From Octopus vulgaris (taxonomy: Eukaryota): a DNA stretch of 64,000 nucleotides. Shown here piece by piece: positions 11,980 through 25,899 of this stretch. The DNA lies in NCBI GenBank assembly GCA_951406725.2, contig OX597830.1, forward strand, positions 3,844,001 through 3,908,000. The letters run 5' to 3'. How positions within the stretch are numbered: the stretch's first letter is position 1; each line of letters begins with the position of its first letter. The position numbers and the translations under genes are program-made. The notes under the pieces are model-generated. The model was not told the DNA's origin. It was given only the letters and a program-made list of their open reading frames with translations, and made no database searches.

Positions 11980-12338
11980 ATACTGCAAAAATAATAAGGG
12001 TAAAAAATTTAGAGAAATTTTCCTACAACTGGTCAGCGTGCATAATAGAGTCAATAGACAACATATTTTCATAAAATAGTGTACGTATTTATACACAAAA
12101 GAGGTGACCTTTAACAGAACACCCTACATGCTGGAAAGGGCAGTTAAAGCCCAAATCATGAATAAGAGTCATTTCAAAGGGGATGAAAAATGAAAACATT
12201 TTTATAATTACTATAAATGTTTTTATTTTCCATTCCCTTTGAAATTACTCCTATTTGTGGTTTGGGCTTTAACTGCCCTTTCCAGCATGTAAGGTGTTTT
12301 GTTAAAGGTCACCTCTTTTGTGTATAAATACGTACACT
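11980..12338. mobile_element. Fold-back element containing a 261-bp palindrome (12078-12338)
   Basis: Outer 39 bp of the arms are perfectly complementary (agtgtacgtatttatacacaaaagaggtgacctttaaca), the rest near-perfect, with a ~7-nt loop; a diverged relative lies at 38860-39020. Confidence 0.85.
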
Positions 12339-12437
12339 TTCATATGTATATATATATATATATATAATAAAGAGATGGTTTGTTGTCAACTTAATGTGGC
12401 AGTCCCAGGAATTATATATATATATATACATATATAT

Positions 12438-12607
12438 AATTAAGATTCAGTTGAATTAAGTACCTAAGTTGGAGCACCAACTCAGTCTCGTATCATCCAT
12501 GCAGCTCGAAGTAAGGTGAATAAAATGATTGCATTGTTCAATTAAAAGGTGCTGCTTGAAACGGTTGTTCTGCATTACTACCTGATATCCTGTTGCTTAT
12601 TTTGATT
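12438..12607 (+). mobile_element. Internally deleted copy of the 1045-1422 hammerhead fold-back element
   Basis: agattcagttgaattaagtacctaagttggagcacc...gtaaggtgaataaaat joined to gattgcattgttcaatt...cttgaaacgg...gatatcctgttgcttattttgatt; (TA)n flanks. Confidence 0.8.
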
Positions 12608-12612
12608 GCATG

Positions 12613-12659
<47 letters not shown>

Positions 12660-12938
12660 CTCTACACCTATGCATCTATCATTAGATAAATTATATTTCT
12701 ATATGCTACATCTACATGTTATATCTTCAAATATTACATTCATATATGCTAAGTCCATAGCATATATACTTAGTCTATCTTAGCATATATATACGTCTAT
12801 ATATACTTTGAATATACTATATCTAAATGCTTTATATTTATACGTTATGCCCTATATATGCTGTGTCAGCATATAAGCCATATCTATACATATTCTATCT
12901 ATATAAATATACTATAAACACATGCATATCTATCTATC

Positions 12939-13006
<68 letters not shown>

Positions 13007-16000
13007 CATATATACCATATGTATACAACATGGGTGCATACCTGTAATGTCTATAACTGCTATATTTCACTCTACTGCACCTGTAATTGATTGCAGGTGC
13101 CATATTTCTTCATATGATATTCTGGTTAAGAGATTGAGAATCTCTAACAGAAATGGAAACTCTAAATTCAATTCTTTCCCAATTGTGTATGTGTGTGTGT
13201 GTATATATGTGAATGTGTGTGTGTTCTGAAAAATGGCACTTGAAGACATTCAGAGAATACTTTATTTGGGAGATTGTATGATAGGCATCTTCTATTGAAG
13301 CTAAGCATATTCCAGCAAACACTAAAATCCAAGCATTTTTAATTAAATAAATATATTACTCACATTCTTTATAGTTTTGAAATACAAAATGGTGAATTTA
13401 TCATATTTTGGGAGTGAGGTAGGAAAGTAGAGCTATAGCACTATAAAACTGCTATCATTCATGTAAGGTAGGTTTCAAATATTGGAAGGAAAATTGAGTC
13501 AAATAAATTTCTTCTCAACAAAAATGAAGCGAAATACTGACAACTGGGAATGAAAATGGAGTTTATTGACTTTGTTTTCTTGAAGCTCAGCTTTTCTTCA
13601 TTTGCTTCCTTCACTTTTATAGCTCTCTTGTCTCTTTCCATACTGGTATGGATTAAGCAAATATATCATTAGAGTATGGTTTTACAGCTGGATGTTACTT
13701 GTTTTTCAATTAAGGGTCATCTTATTCCATGTGTCTTCAAAGCCGGTTGATGATTTGTTGAATTGGTAAATGAGAATGACCTCATTGCTTACAGCTCTGT
13801 TTGGTGTTCTGAGATTAGTGAAATGGAGAATGTTATGCTTAGACTGGGAGTCCTGGCACACATGTTCATAACATGATGGATTCTATTAATTGTACCCAAG
13901 GGCAAGGACATGATGGTGCTATGTCAGCTCCCACCGAGTTTGTATCTCCTGACTTATACTGACACGGCATTGACAACTTTGAAGCTATGATAAAAAAGAC
14001 ACTTACCCAAAGTGAACACACACACACACACACACACACATACAAACACACAGAGGAGTGTTGAACACAAAGCTATTTAGTAACAAAGAAAACATCTTTA
14101 CCACACAGCCACGCCTTGTGCACACAAACCAAGATTAAATCTCATGCTTTGTTTTATATATTTTTTTTTACTTTTGTCGTGTAACATTGAGATTATTTAG
14201 TCATGATTGGGTTAATCTACTTTTATTTAATGTAGTGAGCTTTTCACAACCTTTTGATATGTTAGACAGATATTACATTGTTAACATATCAATGTATGAC
14301 TTTCAAATGGCCAGCTCTGATTTCTCTAAATTGCTCTACTGTCTATCCTAATTGTTTACATGTCATTCTTCCATTCATTATAGTTCTTACAAATATCTTT
14401 GTTATTGATTTGTCTATGTGTGTAACCACATGTGAATACGTATGCATGTGTGTGTGTTTGTGTTCATAAGCTGCATGTGTGCACACACTTTTTCTCCGTA
14501 TTTCTCTATACATCTATGTTCCGAAATATATGTATACAGACAGTTTTGTCTATATTTTTGTGTGTGTTTATTTTCAGAAACCAATGTTAGCACACGTATG
14601 TACACACAGTTTTGTGTGTATTTCTGTGTAAGCTTATATTTATACACCAATTTTAACATGTGTGTACAAACGTTTTTGTGTGTCTGATTCTGTATGCAAT
14701 TATGTTCTTAAGCCAATATTATCACATCTTAGTGTATATATGTATATAGATGTGTATTTATATAAGTCAATTTTAACTTGTATATATGTACTCTTATATT
14801 TTAATTATTTCAAGTATTCCTGCAAGGAAGGAACTTGTATGTATGTATGCATGTATGTATGTATGTATGCATGTATGTGTGTATATATGTATGTATGCTT
14901 GTATATATGTATGCATGTATGTGTGTATGCATGTATGTATTTATGTATGTATCTATATATGTATGTATTTATGTATGTATACACCATAAGTATGCATGTA
15001 TGTTTGCATGTATATATGTATGAATGTATGTAGGTAGGTATTTATGAATGTATGCATATATGTATGTATATAGTTAGCTCTGTATGTATGTAGGTATGTA
15101 TGCATGTTTGTGCCTATTATTTCCTTTAGCTCATGTATACACACATTTCCTCTGTATTACCAATGCCCCCTGTATGTTCATAAACTAATGTTAACCCATG
15201 TGTACATATGCCTTTGTATATATTTCTATATACATTTATGTTGCTAAGCCAATTTTATCTTCAAATGTAAAATGCCAAAGTCTCAATTCTCTTCCATGTA
15301 TCCTTTGAACAATCGAAACCTAACATTCATCTATCAATCAGACAATATTCTTAAGTTTATCACTATTTATTTCTCAACCAATGATCAAAGAATGATATAT
15401 TGTCCGTGCCGGCTGCTAATTCTTCTCTAATCTTTGATCTAATTCACCATTCAATACTTTGGTAACAGTCAACTTCCTGTTTAGATTTTCTTTCTTCACA
15501 GACTATTTTTTTTTCCTTGTCTTTTATTTTATTTAATTTTCCCTCCTTATATAATATCCCTTGTTGACTGAACTCTACTTGTCTTTCTCACTTTGTCTAT
15601 TAATTATTCTTTCTTTCACACACACATTCTGTAATAATACTACAAGAAACAGCAGCCAACTTTACCTCAAATCACTCCCTGACTGTCTTCCAAATGTAAA
15701 CTATATCCTCAAGAGTTGATCTACCGAGTCAGTTCTCCTGGTTGTCTGCATAAAAACATTTAAGTAGCAAGCCATCATTTAAAGAGTGCTGTGGACATTT
15801 TTTCCCATCATTAGTTTTGTCTTTCTAATGTCAGATAAACTTTGTATAATATGGAAAGAGGCTTTTTTCATTGATATGTGTATTAGATAACTCACAGTTA
15901 CACACACACACACACACACATACAACTATTCCTACCACTTAAAGAATTGTGTTTACTGTAATTCGGTATTTTGTTTGTATAATGACAGGTCACTTGGTAG

Positions 16001-16107
16001 TCGACATCCTCTCTAATCAGAGTTGACTATATTTCTATTACTGTTTGCCATTCATAATTTGTCTTCTACTCATTCTTTCAAACAAAGCATACACATACAG
16101 ACAATGG

Positions 16108-16535
<428 letters not shown>

Positions 16536-16579
16536 AGAGTGAGAGGGAAAAGGAGAGGGTGCTATATATATAGTTCATA

Positions 16580-16790
16580 CCTTCCTAGAAATAGTAATCA
16601 AATGTCCTTCAAATCACAGCCTATCATCTTAAAAATGTTAAGAACACATTGAATGGTGTAATCCTTGATACACTACATTTGAAAAATAAAAATGAATAAA
16701 AAAAGTACATAAAAATGGGACAGTAGCCATGGCTGAAATATTTCTGATTGGAAATCTGCTAGATCAGAGCTGACCTGGGGCTAAACACCA
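16580..16790 (+). mobile_element. Dispersed repeat ending in gacctggggctaaacaac (short retroposon or LINE 3' end)
   Basis: ctagaaatag...caaatcac...gacctggggctaaaca recurs at ~31115-31320, ~32365-32525, ~62770-62945, ~62990-63160 and inverted at ~11545-11735. Confidence 0.65.
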
Positions 16791-16931
16791 CCACCACCAC
16801 CACCACCACCACCAAAATCAACAACAGCAGCAGTCTTTGTTTTCTTATATGTGAGCACATTGGGTACATCTCTCTATACCTGTTATTTCTGGCATGGTTT
16901 GGATGGCTTGTTTTCTAGTTCTTCTTATATA

Positions 16932-16967
<36 letters not shown>

Positions 16968-16969
16968 CC

Positions 16970-17018
<49 letters not shown>

Positions 17019-17019
17019 A

Positions 17020-17071
<52 letters not shown>

Positions 17072-17627
17072 CATTTGCATGTATGTATATATGCATATTA
17101 CTAGGGATGTGTTCTTCCAGGAAATAAAAGCAAGCCACATCGTTTGTGATATGGTTTAGCTTGCTGAAGAGATTTCAATTAAGTTCTGCCACAACTGCTT
17201 TTGGGAAAGGAACAAACATTACTGCTCCGATTTCCTTTCCCTTGCAAAATCTGGCGCCATGTGTCTTGCTAAAAAATCTATATTTAACAGAATTTCTAGT
17301 TATAGTCTAAAACTGCATTACGACGGAAGACAAGAAATCTATATCTTTTAAAGTCCATTGGATATTTAAGAACATGTCATACATTAGGTGTAAGTATAGC
17401 GCCTATCAGAAATTTTACTGAAAATGGTTACAAATCACTATTTTATTGATTGTCTTTTGGATGAAAAGTTTTGGGTAGCTTCGGCAAGATTTGAGAATAG
17501 GTATATGGTTCACCAAATTATGAGAGTACCAAATGTCTTTTGCAGCAACACTGACAACTGTGTGATAAATCATTGTAAAGTTGATAATAAAGGCTTAAAG
17601 AATTGTCTCTAATAAGTTTATACATTA

Positions 17628-18020
17628 CTAGCAGTATAGCCCAGTGTTGCTCGGGCTTGTTTTCTTTTCGACCCTTTAGAATTGGAATTTTTGAAAAGTA
17701 AAAATTTTGCCTTATGCAGCTTGTTATTCTCATTAAGTGAACATTTTTTCTGGTTGAAATACACCGAAAAATGGCGACACAGCAGTCAAAAAATCGTAAA
17801 AAATAGGGATTTTCATAGAAAAAAAGCACCTTTTTAATGTAAATAATTTTTGGTCTTAAAATGGTCCGATTTGAATTTTTTCTTCTACAGAATGAAGAGC
17901 AAGCCTTCTTCTATCATACTCTCAATTTGTGCCGCAGGGTCTCGAAGGATATAGTGTTAGTTGAAGGCTACCAAACCTGCCATACACAGACAACTTCAGC
18001 TTTATATATATGTACAGAGA
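17628..18020 (-). mobile_element. Non-autonomous Helitron
   Basis: Minus strand starts a|TCtctgtacatatatataaagctg and ends with GC hairpin gcccgagcaacactgggc a few nt before CTAG|t; A|T insertion site, no TSD. Confidence 0.8.
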
Positions 18021-18360
18021 TGACATAGATATGTATGCACACACACACACACACAGTTGCATCAAACACTGAGAATGAGTGCTCAAAATTGCATTTTGTG
18101 GATAAGTATTATTTGGGGTTTTGAACAATGCTGCCAATAATTTCATGTGAAAAGATTTTCCACAGTTTTCAAGCAGTCTCGTTAAAAATGTCGGAAATTG
18201 CTTCCATTCTGAATGACGTGATGATTGCCAGCATTTTTAAGTGGATCATTTGAAAATTGTGGAACAAATTTCTACCTGAAAGTATTGGTAGTTTTGTTAA
18301 TCCGCAAATAAAGAATATGTGCATGTGTGTGTGTGTGTGTGTGTTACAAATTTTGGTACC

Positions 18361-18495
18361 TTATTTACATTATTTACATTTTGACAGATATTTGTCCTCA
18401 TATACTCTCCAGCTTTCATCAGGTAGCTCGGGGAAATTTTGAACCTGGGTTCTCATTCCTAAGGTATTTTTCCATGTTGTTATTATTATTATTGC

Positions 18496-18584
<89 letters not shown>

Positions 18585-18622
18585 TTCCTGTGCTCTTAAC
18601 CACTACGCCATATGCCCATGGG
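18361..18622 (-). mobile_element. Deleted copy of the tRNA-head/(AAT)n/hammerhead element seen at 56.9-57.5 kb
   Basis: Shares tttacattatttacattt..gatatttgtc and ctccagc.ttcatcagg...gaacctgggttctcattcctaaggtattttt + (att)n; retains A-box TGGCGTAGTGG (minus, 18600-18610); GAAA half of the ribozyme deleted. Confidence 0.85.
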
Positions 18623-19899
18623 AATGCCATGGTATCAAAATGTCAATAATGTAGCTGCTACAATGAAATGTGGGGATCATTTGGCTCACACTGCTACAAC
18701 ACAGTTCTCCCCTCATCATTTAATTTTGTACAAAGCTACCTGCCCCTAAAATCACTCCAACCATTCAACAATTGTTTTGTTTTACAAACCTCTGAGAATT
18801 TCTTCTTTGATCTCAGCTCTTTTATTTTTCAAGTATTTACCATAGCTATTGTGGAGTACTTTGTATTTCCTTCTCCAGTTCATAGAACAGTCTTCCCTAA
18901 GTCTGATTCCAACCATATAGGAAGGGTGGATCTAGGCACAAGCCATGCACATCCCACTGCTAATGAAAGCATCATACATTGCCATCCTCATACTTAACAA
19001 AATTCCTGAAGTCCTCCATATTTTAGGCTCATTCCTTCATTTCTCTGCTCCATGTTATCTTCATAAGGACCATCCTTTCAACAATCACAGCTCATTAGAG
19101 AAGGACTTAAATAGATTACATCAATGATTGGTTAATTGAAATTCTGTGTGTGATTGACTATTTAATTAGGAATCTACCCTTATTTGTTGATTGATTTTAG
19201 TTTCCCATTTAGATCTAAGGATTTCTTAAGATTGTAACAGAGTTTCAAATCAGCCTCAGTCTCAGCCTGGTTCTTAATATATAGATGCTGGAAGACTGTA
19301 GGACAAAATAAAGTTGGAAGATTGAAAAAATCGGAATATAGACAGAAAGTCCACCATCAATGGTAAATTGGTAGAAAATGTGGCGTATTGGACATATTTA
19401 CATTTTCAGTTCAAACCACAGAAAGATTAGCGCCATGTTGCCATTGTTATTCTTTAACCCTGAATTAAACCTGAATCAACAGAATTATTATCAACGAAAT
19501 CCAGCCATGACAATCCCATCCAATTAGTAACATTTAATATGTCTTTTCCTAACACAATAGTAAGGAATTTAAGTAAGATTTGGCTGTTATTTTTAGCAAC
19601 TTCAGTGTCCACTTAGCCATTCCCTCATTGCTTCATCTTTCCTTCTAGTTCAAACGAGTACCAGTTAAATACTGCGGTTGATGTAATCCACTAACATGCA
19701 ACTAGGAATGAGTGTCTGTTGTTAAGCAAGAAATCAATATTCCATATAGATTTTCCTCAATTTACAGATCAATAATAAGTAATAATCTGTTTTCTATAAT
19801 TCAACACTTCGTCACGCCTTGTAATATAGTTGATATTTTGTAATTTCATGTTGTGCTGGACTGTATAACCTCATAACATATATATATATATATATATAT

Positions 19900-20042
19900 C
19901 ATCATCATCATCATCATTGTTTAACGTCCGTTCTCCATGGGTTGGACGGTTCGACCGGGGTTCTGGGGAGCCAGAAGGCTGCACCAGGCTCCAGTCTAAT
20001 CTGGCAATGTTTCTACAGCTGGATGCCCTTCCTAACGCCAAC
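19900..20042 (-). mobile_element. RTE-family extreme 3' end with (GAT)n tail in (TA)n
   Basis: Closely matches 8030-8185. Confidence 0.85.
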
Positions 20043-21130
20043 ATATATATGTATATATACATATACATACAAACAAACACGCATATGTGTGTCTGTGTAT
20101 AGACATGTTTATGTGTGTGAATGTATATGTATGCACATGACTGTATGTATATATCTAATTACAAACCTTTACTTTTTGAGTTCAAATCCTATCCCTATCA
20201 GCTTTGCCTTTAATCACTTTTTTGGTGAAGGAAATAAAGTAGCAGTCAAGTACTGAAGGGATTTTTTTTTCTTTAAATTTCTATAAAACTTCCTAGATTT
20301 AAATGGAATTATACTCGAAGCTAAGGAAGACATAAAGCATGGATCATCGTTCGTTTGCTTCAATTAATCAAAGAAGAAATTACATTAACGATGGAAGAAG
20401 TTGTCTTTGTATGAAAGTCTCCTTTAATATAGATTAAGCAAATATGTAAATGAAAAATAGATTTTATTTTTTCCATAAAACACTGCATGATTTATGGAGA
20501 TAGCTTTCCAGCTTCCTAAGCAAGACAACAAATGGAGTGATGGATTATATTCTTTGAGACCAAGAATTCAAAGAATTTTCTGATGTGGCATTGAAGATAC
20601 TGTTTTGATAACTAAACAACAATAAAGTCTTGGTTAACTACTTAAAAAAATATATTTCACTGATTCCAATCTGTTGTTGTCGCTTTATATATATTTAAAA
20701 AATTCCAATGATAGGCAGAGAGAGGAATTGGTAAAATATTCATAAGAAGGTTTTGAAGGTAAGGCATTAAAAAAATTAAAAAGAGGTGGAAGGAAATTTG
20801 CTTGGATGTAAAAACCATTAAATCTCAGACATTATTTATTGCCTTATTTTTTTAAATCTTGGAAACATAGTAAATTGTCATGATGAGGAACTGAAACACA
20901 AAATAGTCTTAATACCAGCAGAACTTAATATAATCCCACTTGGGGTGAGTGGGGGTAGGCATGGTTGTGAGATTAACAACTTCATTTTGCACTTATGTGA
21001 TTCTGGGTTCTATCTCAATGCATGGCGACAAGTTAAATGCCTTTATGCAAAGACTCAGATTTAACCAAAACCTTCTGATAAAATTTGTAGCATTTTACAG
21101 AATCCTGTCAGAGAAACAATTCCTGTTTTG

Positions 21131-21210
<80 letters not shown>

Positions 21211-21419
21211 GTACTTTGTGGGCATGCCCTGTAACAACACATTGCTACATCTTACATTTGTTGAATGACAAACCTGCAACGCATGGGTCTGTCTGGGTGG
21301 TCAGTACTGGTGAGTGTTTTATGAGGTCAAAGTACAAATCCTACCTGATCCCTTTTTGTCATCTTTTACAGCACACAGAAGAAATGTTGGGCCTATTCTT
21401 TGGCATGCCTGTCCCCAAA

Positions 21420-21540
21420 CAGCACTAGAGCGACATGAAATGTTTTGCTGAAGAACATGACATGCAGCCCAATCTAGGAATCGAACCTAGAATCTGTTGA
21501 TCATGAGTGTAACACCCTAACCATCAAGCCATGTGCATAT
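21420..21540 (-). mobile_element. Decayed tRNA-derived SINE head
   Basis: Minus strand TGGCTTGATGG...aGGTTCGATTCCtag A/B boxes. Confidence 0.55.
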
Positions 21541-21709
21541 GGAGCAATAAGCTTAATCTATTGCTCAGGTCAACACAAACATCTGGTCCTTGGGGTCCTT
21601 TAGTCAAGGTGTCCATTCTGAAACTTAGGCCAGATCTTTCTTAGTTAACCTTTTTAATTTCAAGGCACCAGACTCTGGCCATAGTTCTATAAAAAAAATT
21701 CCCTAATTT

Positions 21710-22025
21710 AAAGAATAAAATGTTTCGACTGGTACAATAATGCACTTAATACAAACAGTGGGCTATACACCTGTTGTAATTTAACCATCCATAGTCTGAT
21801 AATATTTCAGAATAAAATTCGTTCTGCAGATATTCTTAGACCAGACGCTGCTATAATCAGTATAAACTGGTTACAGCAGCTATGCCATCAATTCCTAGGG
21901 ATATCCGAGAAAGGAATTTTATTCCAAAATATTATCACACTATGGATGACTATATTACAACAGGTATAGAGCCCACTGTTTGTATTACAGTGCATTGCTG
22001 TACCATTCGAAACATTTTATTCTTT
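21710..22025. repeat. 316-bp imperfect fold-back palindrome (old MITE-like)
   Basis: aaagaataaaatgtttcga...taatacaaacagtgggct...catccatagt...gaataaaattc pairs with gaattttattc...actatggatg...agcccactgtttgtatta...tcgaaacattttattcttt; inner hairpin gctgctataatcagt/actggttacagcagc. Confidence 0.85.
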
Positions 22026-22788
22026 GCAAAAAATACACAATGCTTCATGCAAACTACAATACTCTCTTTTCCTATTTTAAAGCAATTTGAAATAAAAACT
22101 TCCATCAAAATTCCATGCTCATTTATTTTCCATATTCCAGTTTATTAAACAAATTTATTTTACTAAATTCATCATTACTTTCAAAATTAATTGGTCAAGG
22201 CAGTGTATTTCAACAGAAGCAGGTCAGTAAAAGGGTTAAGAATAACTTGCATTCTTTGTACCACCAATCTGTGAAGCCCAAAAGGGCATTATGGATTTTC
22301 TAAACCATAGAAAGCAATATATTGGCTTGTGGAAGCTACTCTTAATATAAATTGCAAGGCATTTTTTATAAGGTATTTCTTGACAGAAAGTATTTATAAT
22401 GCAATGACAAAACTGTTATGTTCCTCTATAATATACAGTCAGCCAAATTGGTGAATGGCACAAAAGAAAACCAGCATCTAAGCATACCCCAAGTGGTTAA
22501 ATTAGTGTTAATATATTCAATATAGTGTGCAAGAAATATCTGATTAAAAAAAATTTATATGGTAAGGAAAAAAATAAGTGATTAATATTATTTTGATAAT
22601 TTTGGTAAGGGAGATAACTGTGGCTATGTTTCAGTCTGATTAGATCTCTTTTGTAAAGCATAGGTACTTGCTGAAGTAGTGATGGGAAATCACTAAATAG
22701 ATTAAAAAGGGTGAGAGCCACAAGATATTAAAACCTCATTCAATAGAGGTCTCCACTATCAATGCAGTCTCCATTGTAACATTGCACA

Positions 22789-22821
<33 letters not shown>

Positions 22822-23050
22822 GTAGACACACCAACATGTAATGGAATAAACAGGAGAAATAGAACTCAATATATGGAAATATATTTTTTATTGGTAGAAA
22901 AGTTACAAGTTTATAGATGGAGCACATATATCCCAATATGATATAATGCAATATAATATATTATATGATATAATAGTATTTACATATGTACGTGAAGTAT
23001 ATATACATACTTATACACATCCATATATATGCATATATATAAATGTGTTC

Positions 23051-23103
<53 letters not shown>

Positions 23104-24049
23104 TACATATCCATGTATATATATATATATATATATATATATGCATACATATCCATGTATGTATACATATATATATACATACACACATATATATATGTGT
23201 GTGTGTTTGTATGTACATAAGTATATCGTCATATATTCTTCATGGAAATTAAATAAAAAGATAATCAAAACCTAATTAGAAGCCATTAACACCTACATGA
23301 GGTAATTGTTCTCCTAATTTTCTCTCTTTCTCCCTCTCTCTTTTCTACTCTTCTCTCTTTCTCTTATCTCTCTCCCTCCCTCTTTCTTTCTCTCTCGCTC
23401 TCTCTGTCCAGTTTTGGTTGCCAAGAGAAAAAAATGTCTATCTCAAGAGGAGGCAGCAGATACGGAAATAGAAGCATTATCTCTGTATGTTTACCTATAG
23501 GATCTATTGACCACTTCATGTCTCTCTTGCTTTCTTCCCCCCTCTCTCTCTCTCCTCATATATGTGTTTGTGAGAGTATGTAGAAATGGATATGTTGTAT
23601 ATGTATGTGCATGTGTGTGTGTGTGTGTATAAACATGTATGTATGTGTGTATGTATGTCTAGATACATATGTGTTGGTGTGTATTTGTGTGTATATGTGT
23701 GTGTATATAATATATGTCTATGCATATGTATATGTATCTATATATATATACATATGTGTGTATGTGTAAATATATGTATACATACATATATATGAATATA
23801 TATGCTTATATATGTATATTCATTTATGCACGTATGTGTGTGTGCATGTGTGTGTATACATACATTTGCAGACACATATCTCTCCTTTTATCTGCCTGTC
23901 CATCTTTATAAACTCTATTCTTTAGTCAGGGTCTTTGTAAAATGGCAGATGTTGAAGAGTGGTGAGCAAGAAGACCACCCATCAAATGGACACCTTCACA
24001 TACCTAGAAGGCTCCCTAGAAATAGTTAACAGCTCCTGTTACATATATG

Positions 24050-24545
24050 AGTTAATCAGTAACAAGAGTGATCGGATCAAATGCAGAGTAACCAGAGTAA
24101 AATAAATTAGGATGAAAATGTTTCATGGAATTATTTTTTCTCCCAGCAACAAAAGGATTGTTTTTGTGAGTGAAGAGCAAACTGTGTGATGCTTGGATAC
24201 CTAGTGTTGTATTGAATTTTATTGAAGCCTGGTCTCTGAACGAGGATGATGCATGAAGGACAGAAAGAAATGAAGATGATTTGCTGAGTGTGTAATGAAT
24301 GAGTGTGAATGAGCAACAGAAGAGAAATGAGATGAGCGAAGGACTGGGTATGTGAGGTATCAACTGAAGTTGGGAGAGGAAGGTGAGTACACTGGTACAG
24401 ACTTGTGATATGCAGAGAGGGTGATAGATGGATAAAGAAGTACCAAGGGAGCTCAATGAAAGGATCGTGTAGAACTGAAAGACAAAAAAATATGGAAAGA
24501 AGTGATGAAGGCTGATCTCAAGAGACTGAACCTCACAAAGGACAA
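24050..24545 (+). pseudogene. Highly decayed RTE ORF C-terminal fragment
   Basis: Translates ...PATKGLFL*VKSKLCDAW... and ...WKEVMKADLKRLNLTKD, matching TKGLSLRVKGRLYDAC and WDEVVKHDLRTLGLTEE of the 8.6-kb RTE. Confidence 0.8.
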
Positions 24546-25899
24546 AATTACCGGAACAATATTAACCATTCTTATTTTGTATTTGTGCTCTGTACATACT
24601 GGACATATTTTCCATCTGGACACATCATCCTGTTTTTGTTTTCAAATTCATGCAGTTTCCTCTGAAATTTTATCTAAAGCTGCTCATAAGCTCAACTAAA
24701 AGAAGATTTTAAAACAATGTGTCTTCACTAATTACAGCTGTTTCTCATCGTGTATTGTAAGCAGACAATCCTCCTTTGGAATGTGGGTGGGACAATGACT
24801 TGCATTGAAACAGAAACATGAGCAGTGCCTGATGAAACCCAATTTGCTCAAACTACTGGAAGCATAAATGAAAACACTTGACGATGGAACTTTTGTTACA
24901 AGAGCATCAAGAAAAAGACCAGCAGGGTTGGCGGCCCTACATCACAAGGGCCAAGAAATATAAAAAGGATGTGTAGGTCTCCATATGTCACATGGGGAAG
25001 GAAAGGTACTATAGAATGGTGGTGATCCTATACCCTAAAGAAGAGGAGGTACTACTATCCAATATGGAATGGTACGTGACCAGGGTGACATTCAGCAATG
25101 AACAATCTGAAATATATAAAGGGTACTTCATTTTAGAGAAGCATGGAACTTTGTTTTAAATTCCCACATGAACATGTAGGATCTTAGAATAGAGATGCAG
25201 CTACTGTTCACCCTTGAAAACATGCAGAAGATCCCCAACCTCATTCACTTGGACAGTGCAGATCTGATAAGCATTTGTGATAGAAGTTAGGAGAGAACTA
25301 AGTGAAGTACTTAAGGTAGTTTGAGAGGTTTCAGTAACTAAGGTAGAAGGGGGTCAAAAACCCCTTATTGCAAATACTACAACTGCAACAACATCAACAT
25401 CACCAGCACTAAGAAAACATGAATGTGGCGAAAACCACATCAAAAGAAACAACAACAACAACAACAATAACAATCAAATAGAGAAACTAAACTCCTTCAG
25501 TTTCATCTTTCTGGATAGAAACAACAGTGAGTTATGGAGTCTCAGAGATGAAAATAGAAATGCAGAACCGGATGGCTTTGGGGAATTAATCTTGCAAATA
25601 CTTAAATATTACTGTTGAAGATCTTAGCAGGAATTTAGAAGATGCTAAAGAATAAATTCTCGTGCTATTTAAAGATTTTGCTGAAAACTGTTGGACAAGA
25701 ATGTTTCGGTGGGGTTTTCCAATGAACACCTTCTTGAAGAAACAACCAAATTGTTTTACTTTCACCAAAGGCCAAGGTAAATGCTGCTCTCTCTCTTATT
25801 ATTGTCTCTCCAACCAACAAAGCCATACATAGAGCAAGTTGCATAAACCTATGTGGACTTGAGAGTCATCTTGGAAGCAAGGTCTCTTGCTCTATCACC

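Noticed and set aside
20280-20930. Possible decayed DNA-transposase sequence
   Set aside because: No motif could be read convincingly in any frame.
24730-24850. GAAACAGCTGTAA on the minus strand (24732-24744) and CTGATGA on the plus strand (~24829)
   Set aside because: Each is only half of a hammerhead core, they are on opposite strands, and neither has the missing half or closing helices.
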